Positions 13,301 through 25,300 of a stretch of 64,000 bases of DNA are shown here, piece after piece. Source of the DNA: Pocillopora damicornis (Eukaryota). Positions within the stretch are counted from its first letter, which is position 1. Each line of letters begins with the position of its first letter. Made by a program: the position numbers and the translations under genes. Location: the NCBI RefSeq assembly GCF_003704095.1, contig NW_020847586.1, forward strand, positions 186,001-250,000, in the 5' to 3' direction. Under the pieces are notes generated by a model. That model did no database searches, was not told the DNA's origin, and saw nothing but the letters and a program-made list of their open reading frames with translations.

Positions 13301-15643
13301 GAAGTTTTCTGTGACATTTTACACTGTACAGACCCACGGCAACATGCAATTTTTTCGCATTTGTTTACACGCTAAACAAGGAAAATGATGTTCATAGTGA
13401 GGTCATCTATGCATCTGCCCTCCAGTAGATCATTAGTACGAACCAATCAAAATCCCTGTAGGATTCAGCTTATCATATTCATGTACTTATAAATAAATGA
13501 GCCTTCTGTTGCAGAGTTTTCCTTTAAGAACACTGATTGAAAATTAGGGATTTCTGTTCTTTCCTTTGGCAGTCATTAGTGCATTTTGATATGCGCGCCA
13601 AAATTTTCTTTTCTTGCTTTTTCATTTTGTTTTGTATTTGGTGGAATTTTCTTCCCTGAGGACTTCGGAAGATGTCATTTTCCCTTTTTGTCCATTCAGC
13701 GCGGAAAAGAAGAAAGCAGCACAGACATTCCTCGGTGAGTACATTCCCTTGAACATGAGCAAGGAAAGACAAGAAAATGAAAGTGGCAGTACCGAAGAGC
13801 CCGAGTATCGACAAACCTCCTGTGGAACAGAAGAAGTGGAGCCGGACAGCGATTCATCAGTTAGTAGTGGTATATGTGATGACAGCCTCATGATGCAGTA
13901 CGGAGCTCAGCGCATTTCTGCGCGTTGTAAAGAATCCAGAAAAATTCGAGAAGAAGGAACCGACGAAAATGATATCGCACTTGCCATACTTGGTGGTCGA
14001 AGCAAGAAACGCCCCCTATCTTTATCAAAAAGCTCTAAGGCCAAGAAGTCTCGGAGGCCAAGAGATTCTGAGAGCGAGGAGAGTGACGAGTATCACGTGG
14101 TCTGTGAGCTCTGTAACGAGAAGATTCCGAAAGAAATGTACTCGCAGCACGTGGATGAAGAACTGGAGGCTAAGAAAAGGACATCAATAGCGCAGCGTAA
14201 AGTAGGAGGTGAGTTCTTTGCTGGACTGTCTGGTTACCTGTGGATGCTTTTGTTGAGCTTCCAGGAGCAATAAGGTTTTCGCTGGATGGTTTATTGGAAT
14301 CACATCAGGTCTACTTTTAACAGTTATGTGAGAAAAACTCTTTCCTTGTAGTTATTGCTTTATGCTGTAGTCGAAAGATCCGGAGTTCGAGCTCTAGTCA
14401 AGGTAGTTGGGTTTCCTACGATCTTGAGCAGGAAACTTTCACTATGCTTCATCTCACTCAGTAGTTTGGATTGGTGCCAGTTGATTGTCGGGGGAAATGC
14501 AACGGACAGGAGTTCCCATTCAGGGGAAGTAGCGGTAATTCTGAAGTCTGATTTGTTAGGTAAAATTTTCAGACTTTTCGTCCAACTGAAAAGTTTCGTA
14601 AAGTGAGGTCTTCCTTTCAAGGCGGGTGGGAGGGGGGAAACACTTTCTTTTAATGAATCGATAGGAAATTTGCTCTTCCACTTGACCATATGGTTCTGCT
14701 ATTGTTGTTCTGAAGCGACACGGCCTAAAAAGTACTATCTCTATCGAACCTTTTGATATCCTTTTTTCCAGTAGTTACCCTGAAAGACAGGAGTCAGGGA
14801 AGCAGCAAAGACAAAGATAGAAGGTGCATTTCTGTTTTTATCAAAGTTTTGTGGTAATTTCCTCATTTACTACGGTAAGAGTAAATTTTGCAAGCGTTGT
14901 GGGTGGGAAGGATGCCAAGAAGGCTTAGAAACTCCTCAATGTTCACAGATCAACTCGTAGCGCATAATAGCACATTCTACCTCCATTCTTAGAAATACGT
15001 GTCTAGTGTTCATATGAGCAATTGAATCTGTTTTCAACGTTTGTAACTTGACTCTGTCAAAAGACCAGTGGCCGAGTAGTTTACGGGTCTGAGTAAAGGG
15101 TGAAATCCTGCACTCTACCTTACAGCTCTACTCCTCCCTTGTAAATAACCAACCAGTTCGCCTTCCAAGCGTAGATTTTTGAACTAAACAATCCGACGGG
15201 GGGAAAGGGAATTGTAACACAAATATGGCTAATATTGTGAATCATAGCAGTATTTTGCAATGCCTTACACATTTTCTGATTGAAGGGTTGTTGCAAAAAA
15301 CAGACAGATTGAGAAACCCTCGCAAACTGTTGCAACAGAAGACACTGATGAACTCGAAGTGGACTGGGACGATGTCAGTAATTCACCAATCAAATGTTTC
15401 CAGTTTACGGAAAATTCGAACAGTGTCGTGGACTTCGAGAATCAATTTGAACACCTGAAAGAGAGCAAGAACAACAAAAGGCAATCAAAATACGGGCAGA
15501 AGGAGCCCAGTTACGGGAGGTCTGGTTTCCGTGGGGGAAATAAAAGTTCCGGTAACAGAGGGAATAACAGAGGATCGTATAACAGGGGTTATGGACGCGG
15601 GAAGAGGTATAAAAAGTACAGAGGATCGCGCGGAAGGAAGTAG
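1330..15643 (+). CDS. UIMC1: BRCA1-A complex subunit RAP80-like. Exons approx. 1330-1471, 3348-3400, 4076-4153, 5049-5133, 6273-(gap), 7012-7148, 7736-8123, 8230-8557, 9394-10603, 10690-10911, 11787-12146, 13700-14208, 14772-14823, 15286-15643
   Basis: RAP80 motifs in the expected order: SIM (VVIEDIDDDE), UIM (DEEELRQVLIMSRIE), Abraxas-interacting-like region (FAPPGVSIPAYTRIIIRMFEKYRRQLHKAQ), UBZ fingers CPLCFERFTSKEIEAHASDC and CELCNEKIPKEMYSQHVDEE, and C-terminal SPIKCFQFTENSNSVVDFENQF resembling RAP80 SPIKSF...LVDFKKQ. Exon phases are consistent; the exon 1 donor (1464 or 1471) is uncertain. Confidence 0.8.
5521..5733. mobile_element. piggyBac-like MITE (TTAA-flanked)
   Basis: TTAA-CCCTTTAAC...GTTAAAGGG-TTAA termini. 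Related copies at about 4213-4412, 25470-25649, 41820-42027, 46374-46585 and 63567-63770. Confidence 0.75.
6347..6476. other. Assembly gap (130 N) inside a UIMC1 exon
   Basis: The N run interrupts the exon that starts at 6273. Confidence 0.99.
12320..12680. mobile_element. Degenerate MITE-like element in a UIMC1 intron
   Basis: Imperfect inverted ends (GCGCGGCATGTG..GGAACAC..GGAATT versus AATTCC..GTGTTC..CACATGCGCG). Confidence 0.4.
13120..13490. repeat. Dispersed repeat, second copy at about 53300-53620
   Basis: Shared blocks GTTGCYGTGGGTCTGT..CAGT..TCACAGA.GAC.TCAAA..TGTGG.AAGAACA, with internal inverted symmetry. Confidence 0.6.
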
Positions 15644-16149
15644 ATTTCATCGAGCTCAACACGAACACTTTTCCGTCGGAAATTGCACTTTTCAAGGATA
15701 TAATTAATCTCAATCTACTTTAGTGAGCAAAACGTGTCAAAATTTCCCGCAGGAGTTACATAAACCGCTAATAATTTCTATGGCAAGTGTCTCTGTGAAG
15801 TCCTTTGCACTAGCTGATTTCCCTGTTGACAAATCTTCTTTTTCAAGGCCTTACTTGTTGGATTTTAGGCTAAAGAACTTGTCATGTTTGCGTTTTCTTT
15901 ATTTTTGTTTTTTCAATTGGTTGTTGTTTTTTTTGTTTTGTTTTTCCTGATTTTAATCTAGTCTGTGGTGGAGTACTAACTTAAGGAAAAGGTATCATAG
16001 AAAGTTTAATTTCTAGTGTAAATAAGACTTGAGACATGGAGTTAACTTGGATTGTCAAAAATTGTGTCCTAAATAGTGATAAAAAAGTGATGAAAGTAAG
16101 GCTTGTATTTTATTTATAAATAGTGTACCTGTCTTAAGTGCTGGTATGA

Positions 16150-16410
16150 AACAACCAGTGGGAGGGGTACTTGGATCAATTTTTGCTGGGTATGTGTCGC
16201 TGGCCTCCCAGAACCCCTACCCTATTAAAGTCTATTCTGTGGCCAATCATAGACCCCATCTTAGTCACTTTTGGGCAAATGGTTTTTTAATGTTCCCAAC
16301 ATGGTCACTTTCTGTTTATCAATCTCCCTCGTTAATCCAATGGTGGAAATGCGATCTCATCCAGCGGAACATTTACATAAGCCTATTACTGGGAAGTGCC
16401 TCCTACCTTC
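16150..16410 (+). repeat. Dispersed repeat, related to 1-125
   Basis: Both loci share CATCCAG.GG.ACAT....ATtAGCCTATTACT.GGA.G..CC. Confidence 0.5.
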
Positions 16411-18884
16411 TTCCAAATTAAAACGATCGTATCAAGCACGGTTACTTGTATAATCCTGTCCAAAGTATTGATCGAATACGGCCTGCGTGAAAGACGACAA
16501 CGACATTAGCGAAGCCAATGAAGTACTTTTAATCACCAACGTGACAATCAGATGCGCTTAAATTTTCGTTGCTGTAAACTTGAAGCACAAGAAATGGAAT
16601 GAGTTTGGCTTAAGTGTGGCTATTTAGGTTCTCGCTTTCCTTCCTTATTTTTTGCTCAGTTCTACAGTATAACACCGTGACACATTTTGCACGGCACGTT
16701 GAAGTTTTTATGTCCTTGGCTCCAGACCTCGGTTCTCGCCCAAGGTCGAAGAGCTCTTATGGAATTTTGCGCATGCGTATGACACCTTGTGTCAATTAAT
16801 TTAACTTAAGCGTGATTCACAGAGAAGATCATGTTCCTGCTTCACTTATTTACGTAGTTTCCGCAAGGTGGTCTCATATTAGCCGGATCCCGTTCTCGGT
16901 ATTTCCGCTAACAAAGAGCACTTTTGTCCATGTGAAATGTAAACACCATTATAAAGTAGGTTCTGCGCCGATCAATTAGAAGCTCGAACATTCCCTCTTA
17001 GGCAACCCACGAGCATTTGACTGTCGTCTGTGCCCGGTGTGAGTGGGAAATTTGAACCGGAGCTGTTAAGTCTTTTGCGGTAGAAAGTTCACTTTCGCGA
17101 GAAACTGGCTCAGAATTTTAAGGGATATGAGCGGCTATAGTTTGGGCCCAGACAATATCACTGATTAATTTTGCAGAGTTGCACAGCTGAGCTTTAAATA
17201 AATACAGCGATTGCTTAATATCATGAAGTCGAAATTTAATTTGTCATCACATAACAGCTTGGAGGAAAACATGTGGTTTTGAACGTTCAGTTGAGCACGT
17301 TTCTCTTTTTGTCCATATTCAAGATTGTGAGATCCGCAATTTAGAATCACTAGATTTTCTTAACACGCTCATTGGAATAGCTATGACGTGTATAATTACC
17401 ATATATCTCGTTATTTTTCTTTTCTGATTCTTAAAGGAAGAGAACTAGAAAGATTTATTCAGCTTCAAAGATCTATTCAGCGACAAAATTTGCGTGTTTT
17501 CCTACATTGTTTTTAAGAAAAAGTCTTGAAAGGAAAATTATAAGGAGCAGGTGATTAAATAACGTAATAGATGAAGTTTCGTAGCGGATAACCAAAAACT
17601 GTTTTAATTTCCGAATTCAGAACCAAACAAATGGAAATAAATTTCTCTTGGCCAAGGGATCTAAATTTTATTTCTGCTCTTTATCTGTTTTGTTGTAATG
17701 TACGGATAAAAAAAAGACTTTGGTGCCTTGTCAGTCTTACGGCAAACACTCTCAAGTGATAAATTTATTCTTAAAATCTCCCTTTTCCATTTCAGAATTG
17801 GCAATGACTTTTATCCTTTTTCTTTAGAGTTCTGTAGATTCGCGATATTTTTCTTCTAACACAGAGACGTATTTCGTCACGTATAAGCTGTCGATTAAAA
17901 ATTGTTATACAAACAAACAAATTGAAATGGCTTCTAGAAGCAAGTTTGTATAATTGAATGATGTGAATAAAATAAAAGCAAGACCTTTAATATGCTAAAA
18001 TTACTGTTTATAGTGGAAGGTAAGGAGAATCCGTGGAAATATCGTTTTTTTTTTGTTTTTTTTTTTTGCCGCACATTTCATTACTTACACTTTTGTCACC
18101 TTGGCAAAGCTAGAGCTGTGTCATTGATTTGATGGCAACTGCTTTTTAAAAACCGCCGTTTTCATTTTTCGAGTCGCTTCTGTTACGACGAGGAAGCACA
18201 ATGTCGGAATATTTACTTTCACTTCCTTTATCTGACGTTAGAGATCGGAAGTATTTTATGGTCCAGGTGAAATAAAATGTGAAAGAAGAAAAAGAGATCC
18301 GAATCTTTTGGAGTCAATTGTTACATTCTCAGGAAAATAAATATTCACGTTGCTCAAGTTTGACAGCTGTTGATTGAAAGACACGCAGATTGTACTAAAT
18401 TAGGAAATATACCTCATTGGACTTCAAAACCATTGGTAGCTTATCGCGGAGATCGAAATTTATTATTCTAAGTAACAAGAAAACAGAAATGCTAAGTCAT
18501 CGCTGATTGCACGAAATTAGAAGCTTCGAGACAAAATTATTCGTCCAAGAATCGTGTCTTATTCGAGAATAATTACGAAATCAGGAAAATAAATAAAGGG
18601 ATGAAATCAGGCATATTGGGTCTTATTTTAAAGAAATTATTGACGTTGCATATCACAAGTTGGTAATATTGATATTTCCTTTTGGAGGTGCTGATATGGA
18701 AAAAAAGGAAGCCCTCAAACTGCCCTTTCGTGCAATTTAATTGGCCAAAAGATTGGAAAGTGCAAATTAATACGTCACGAACTAATTCCTTTAACTAAAA
18801 ACTTAATGTGTTCCATTGAGATAAAATGTTTTTTTTTCACAGCAGTAAAAACCTGATTTAACAAGAACACAGAAAGTGACGAAC

Positions 18885-19847
18885 ATGTCCGGCAATATTT
18901 CCGAGGATGATTTTTGCAATCGTTTCAGTAGTTTTAGCTACATGGCAGCACTTGGGAATGATCCGTTCAGAACAGCTTTCATTGTCAACGCTGTTCTAAA
19001 CGTTCCTTTCTGCATCACGGCAACAGTGACCAATGCCTTGGTCATTATCTCAATTTGGCACTCGTACTCGCTATGGACTCCGGCAAATTTGTTGCTGATA
19101 AGCCTCGCCATGTCTGATTTAGGAGTCGGTCTAATTTTGCAGCCACTCTACATCGCGTATCTAATCTCGTTTGCCGAGCGGGGAGTTAAAGAATCTACTT
19201 GCACAATGTCTGTTGCTGTAGCAGTAACAGCGTCCATTTTCTCTTGCGTGTCTTTTGGAACAGTGACTGCAATCAGTTTAGAACGTTATCTGTCTCTCCG
19301 CCTCCATTTACGATGCGAAGATGTCATCACATTGAAACGTGTCCGCCGATTTCTCGTCATTTTATGGCTTCTTGGCGCGATTTCTCCTCTGATCTGGGTT
19401 ATGTTTGCTCCTTCATATAGATCCTACTTTTTCGTCTCAGGAATAATGTTTTGCCTGGTCATCTCAACAGCGGCTTACATCAACATTTACCGCATCGCTT
19501 GTGTACATCTGAAGAGGATTGAAGCTTTAAGACACGAAGTTGACAAAAAGTCTAAAAATCTTATGCTACAACACCGGAGGAGGGGGGCTCTAAACATGTT
19601 CCTAGTGTACTGTGTACTACTGTGTTGCTATCTCCCTTACTCCTTGTGCCTTGCATTGGGCAAAATAATGGGCTACACGGAATGGAATTGGATCGCTATC
19701 AACTTCACACTTACAATTATTAACATAAACTCTTCCATAAATCCTTTGATTTACTGCTATCGTATGCGAGAAATTCGCCGAGCTATATTGCTTACTGTTT
19801 ATTCAGTGACTTTCGGTAGAACGAATATGAGACAGATTACATCTTGA
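18885..19847 (+). CDS. Intronless class A (rhodopsin-like) GPCR, melanocortin/adenosine-receptor-like invertebrate expansion
   Basis: Seven hydrophobic segments. TM1 N (TNALV), TM2 LAMSDL, ERY, TM4 W, TM6 CYLP, TM7 NSSINPLIY, helix 8 REIRRAI. Splice acceptor at 18843 suggests a 5'UTR intron. First ATG at 18885. Confidence 0.92.
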   Translation: MSGNISEDDFCNRFSSFSYMAALGNDPFRTAFIVNAVLNVPFCITATVTNALVIISIWHSYSLWTPANLLLISLAMSDLGVGLILQPLYIAYLISFAERGVKESTCTMSVAVAVTASIFSCVSFGTVTAISLERYLSLRLHLRCEDVITLKRVRRFLVILWLLGAISPLIWVMFAPSYRSYFFVSGIMFCLVISTAAYINIYRIACVHLKRIEALRHEVDKKSKNLMLQHRRRGALNMFLVYCVLLCCYLPYSLCLALGKIMGYTEWNWIAINFTLTIININSSINPLIYCYRMREIRRAILLTVYSVTFGRTNMRQITS

Positions 19848-22370
19848 TCGTTGAAAAGTGAAAAGTCATCGACAATTAATTCAAGAGGAGAATCTGCGAC
19901 CGAAGCTAGTGTGAAAAAAATAAGTTCCAATGATTTGTTACTAAACATCTCCATCCACGAAATTGTGCGCAAATACTCTAATGTATGGAAAGAGAGTTCT
20001 CGATCGTAATGGAAAAGTTTTCCTGTGGGGTGTAATTTGTTTAAAGTGATGAGTTAGTTCGAAAGTAACAAAACAAGATGTAAACAAAACTTTGAATTAC
20101 TGATTTTCATATAAACATCGTTATTTCTTGTTTCTTGCACGGAACTCAATTTTACTCAAGCCATACATAAATAGTGCGTCAGTGAAAAGATATCTGTACC
20201 ACAGGTGGCCCAAGCTCACGTCACGAGAAAAAGCCAACGATTAATTCGTAAAAGCGTCACGCGTTGTGTGACTCGGTGTGAAGTCTTTTGACAGGAATAA
20301 CAGTGATGACAAGCTTAAAACTGTAGAAATCGCCAGAAACTACAACGGACACACAGGATGTGAGTAAGTTTTATTAATTTTACGTGTAAAATGTTCATAT
20401 TTCGATATATTTATCGTTGTAAATCGACCATATTTCGTTCCCAGTACTATTCCTTATAACGTGTTCAAATTTTCAACGGTTCCTCTCGTAACTTAGCACC
20501 GAGTTACACAACGCACGACGCTTTCATTAATTAACCGTTGGCTTTTTCTCGAGACGTAAGCTTGAGCGGCCTGTGTCTGTACTGTTAGTAGTAAACTAAT
20601 GTTGTAAACTGAGAATACGCAAACAAAGCGTGGTTAAAATTCAGTCCATTGATCTCGCGATCTTTTCGTGTGTAGACGCCCTATCAAAATATTGCATCGG
20701 ATTTAAAGATTGTAAAACACATATTAGGTTTTGTTTGTCGCTGTTACAGGAAATAAATGTCAAAAGGAATGTACAACGCTTCAATGCAAATTGAAATGGA
20801 AAATATGTTCTTTAAAATCCTGCTGTTTCAATTTCTGCGGAAGCGAAAAAATTAGATACAAGAGGAACTTTACAAAACCTGTTGTTGTATGGAATCTTTG
20901 AGAATAACCACCGGGTCAAAGGACGTCAAAGGACGTAATTTGCATCTTAAGTCCATTCGAAAATTCTCATCTCTAAACGTATTTGCGATGGTGTGATATC
21001 TTCATAGTTGTTTTACTGTTTAAAAGTCGTGGAGAGTGGATGCCCTGAAGTTAAGTTCACTGGAACATTGATAAGGAGATATGTAGAAAGTAAAATTTCA
21101 AAAGAAAAAAAAGACAGATTTAGTAGGAACGATTAATAATTAGCCTTAAGTTTGTTACATCGAAAAATATGTAACAAAACCCTGGGACCTGGGCGCTGGT
21201 TTTCACCTCCCCTTCCCCCTCCCCCGCGTTCCAACCTCCACTCAGTTAATTCCGTACACTGATCACTAAATTGCTCATTAATAACAAGAAAATACAGTAA
21301 CATCGGTTTTTAAAACTATCCTTCATTTTTCCAGTTCTTAATTATGAGCGAATAGTAATCTAACTAAAGCCCGTCTTTCAGCATGTAACATGTGACACGT
21401 AAAAGAACAGAAACTAGTCATTTATTTCGACAAATACAGTTAAACTATTTTCCTACAACCATATCAAGCCTTAAATTTTTCTTAAACTTTGCGTGCGCTT
21501 AAGGATCAGCTCACACAAATGAAGCAAATACAAACAAATGCACAGAAGGCAAGCGCAAGAAAACGATGTTTCCAGTCCTTACGCCGGGCAGTCATTTATA
21601 TTTGTGTTAATTAAATTTACATGCATTTTGCGTTGCAAGTGTGAACAAACTTTTAATAGAAACCAAAATACACAACTTGTTTTCCACCATAAAGGATGCG
21701 TGCATCTAGAATGTCCTTTGCTTATATTTCTACTTTAATTCAAGACCCTTAATGTTCTAATCATTAGCAGCCCAACAAATTAGCCAATCAAAAACGCCTG
21801 CCAAAAAGGAAATTTGTGAACAGAGTCAAGAATTAATTTAAATAGTTACTAAGTGACATGTCGTCCTTGAAACATGTAAAGCGGTAGGTTTTTTGTCTAT
21901 ATAGCAGCCAGACCCTACTACAATGGCGGGAAAAGCGGTGAACACTGCACGATGGTAACATGGCTTTAGTAACTCTTAGAGAGCGACTGGCCCATGACAC
22001 CTTGCGCTACGTGCTTCAAGAAAAGAGAGAAACCTGAGTACGAGGCTGACAGTAGGCGCTGATCAAATCCCTATTCTCCTCTGCACTTGATGGTTTTAGA
22101 GAGTTAAGTGCGAGACGCATGTTTTTAATGACAAAGAGGGGGTTTTAAAGCAATACCAATGCAGTCCCGTCTATCTATGTTATTCAAGAAAAATTACTTT
22201 AAACTAATACCCTCTGCGAGAGGAACCGATTGAAATTCATAACCTCAGACCAAATTGATAGAGTCCGTGAAAACCAGTTTGTTTCGCTCTCTGCTCGATA
22301 GGGTCCCTGTGTCACTATTTCATGTGGGGCTGCTAAAGATAAAAAACTTTCTGTGGCCGGCACCAACTCT

Positions 22371-25300
22371 TCAAAATTCGTCTTTCCAAGGGCGCCGACC
22401 GTGTCGCCCTCGTCGTCGGTCACGCTCGTAACCACTAGAAAATATCGCCGACAGCGCGTCAAGGTCGTCGATACGTTTCTTCAACTCCAAAGGATCACGA
22501 ATTTCTTCTGCTTCTATCATGTAACGGTGGCTCAATTCACGAAAAGCGAAGGAGTGCTCTTCGAAGAAATGGTCATCATCGTCGAGGTCCATAGCTCGCA
22601 TGCGCAACTCTCTCCTCAGATCTTCGGGATCGTTCATTCGCTCAAACCGATGTCGTCGCATGTCACGTCGGACTTCTTCAGGAATGCTCGAGTCCATGTG
22701 GTGTTCCCAAGGCTCTCTTGCACTGTAATCATCTTCGGTCATTTCTCGTTGACGAATCCTCCGAAGTTCGCGTCGGAGACGGTCGACATCGTGAATGTCT
22801 CGGAGCCTGGTCTGGAACTCTCGCCGTTTTCGTTCGTCCATCTTACCACCAACAAACTCCTTTGTCCTGCCACGTTTCTTGCGGTGTTCCTCTTGCTCTT
22901 GGGCTTGTTGCCTAATGAGACGCTGGATTTTCTCCGAATCATCTTCTTCAGCCTGCGAAGACCTCTTCGATTTTCCAGCTGATGTCTTTCCGCCTTTGTT
23001 CTTGTCTTTCTCCTTTCCCTTCCCTTTCTTTTTTTCCTTTCCGGATTTTTTCCTTTCTCTGTCTTCATCTGTATCCTTGTTTTTGTCTTCACCCTCTTTT
23101 CCCTTCTCTTCTGTCCCTTCACTGCCTCTCTTGTCATCTGTATTTTTTGCTTCAGTTTCATTGAAACACTCTGCGTTAAAGAAAAAAATAATATAGAACT
23201 CTGTTATACGGCGTAATGATAACATAACGCGTTAGAAACTCTCTCTTCTTCTTAGTTTTCTTGTCTAAGAGAGGAAAATAAAAATGCATACAGTGCACCC
23301 TTATCTCAAGGATGTTACCAAGACAGTGACTGCCACCTTTGTTAATAAGAGGTGATAAACAACTCGACAAGGTCCCAAAAACCAGTCAGACACTAGAGTG
23401 CAACCCCCCCCAGCCCCTGTGCCACACCCCTTCACACGACCACACCCACATAAAACAACAGATATGAACAAAATTCTCACCCTCCTCCCCAGGGTCCAGC
23501 ACTCTCTCAATACATAACCAGTTTGTCAAATTTTCCTTTTGGTGATGCCAGTACCATTGGGTCAAGTCATCTTCATATGTCTCAACCATTAATTCACACT
23601 GAAATAAATGGCACTGTAGTTATAAACTGTGATCATTAAATCATATTCCAGCCAAAACATAATTCTTAGTATCTTCACAATGTAAAAATACTCATAAAAA
23701 TTCACTCCTTGCTGCATTTGGAGCTTTGAATTAAAAAGCTTTCTTTGCAACTAGAAATTGTCCTCAAATGTAATGAAAAATTAATTGTGGATACCACCAT
23801 TTTTAAACAACTCTGTAACCTGACAAGACATGCAAAACTACAGAACCTTATACAAAAACAGCTGATGTTCTGTTTATTGTGGAAAATTGCTATTTGTGTC
23901 AAGGACCCTATTTATTTTACTAGTGATTTTCATAAACAGATCACCAAGTTATAAGAAAAAGTTGAACAGGAATTTGTTGAGTAACAGCAAAGCAGCCAGG
24001 GTGCTAAGTATGGTAGGAGACAGATATCCTAGTGTGGCCAGCTGTGCTTGATTTCGAGTCCTTGATCTCTCTCTTGAATGAGAGCTGTTTTATTCACATG
24101 TCAACAACCTGCAGTGAAACTTAATGGCCAATTGACAGCTTTGTCTCAGACTACTTGCACTGAAAATTTCAGGATATCAGGCCTCAGTTTTGCCAATCAG
24201 TATACACCATCTTTTTGACTGAAATCATGGCCAGAAAATCCCTGCAAGTTAACCAACAAAGTATGCCAATGACTACAGCCCATAACTTAAATAACAAAAT
24301 GTCTACCAAGGTCTTACCCTGCTCTTTAGCCTTGTTACTTCAGCATCAGGCGTGTCCCACATCTCGTAAGGAAATCCAAGGTCCACCTTGACTCCTCGAT
24401 TCTTGAGTCCTTTGAGGGTGTTGAATGTTACACTTTCCTCTGGAAAGAGAGAGAGAGAAGTATTATTCCAACTTAGTATTGAGTTTTAATTCCAGGGCCT
24501 TTTAAAACACAGTATATTATGAGGCTAACTTGTCCTGGTATTTCAGGTACAAAAGGGCAGTTAAGAGCATGGAAGCCTACATGACCCTGTTTGGAACAAA
24601 GAGATCTACGATAATGGCCCACTGTTGGACAACACTCTCTATTGTGGGACTTGTTCAATTTGGAAAATTGGGGCTTAAGCTATATGATTGTAGAGGATTA
24701 TATTTAAAACAGGCATTCTTTCAAAATGTGCTACAAATTCTAACAGAAAACAATAAATTGTCAGAAAATATTCTACTACCCAGTGAAAATTCCCTCCTAG
24801 TGGAGGGCACCTCTCTGTATAATTAGGCTACAGAGAATACCCTTGCACAGTGTTTATGGTGGAAACTCATTTCAGAGTCAAAAATTGTACATCATGAGGC
24901 ATTAGGGAAAGGGGGAATATTTTTTAATATAATGATTTCACTCACTCTTTTCATATCTCAAAGCCTTCACTTTGTCTTTATGCACTTTGTAATCTAAAAC
25001 ATTAGAACAGGCATTTTCCAGAGCTTCATTCAGACGAACCTCACTGCAACAAAATATAAAAGTATAGGGTGTGAGTTTCAAAAATGTAAATAATGATTCA
25101 CTGAAAATTGTTTGAGGTCTGCAACCCCACATAAATGAGGTAAAAGGTTTAAACTGGTATTAGCTAATTCCAGCTCCAGAGTATGCCAAACTAGCTACAA
25201 GACTAACATGTCTCCCCTTTTCCCATGATCTAGAGGCAATTGACTACAGCAATAAGATTTGCATACTTACGAATACTGGTAGTTTATTTCCTTACGCTGC

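Noticed and set aside
22353-23196. Long + strand ORFs (209 aa, 133 aa)
   Set aside because: Antisense shadows of the low-complexity Canopy last exon.
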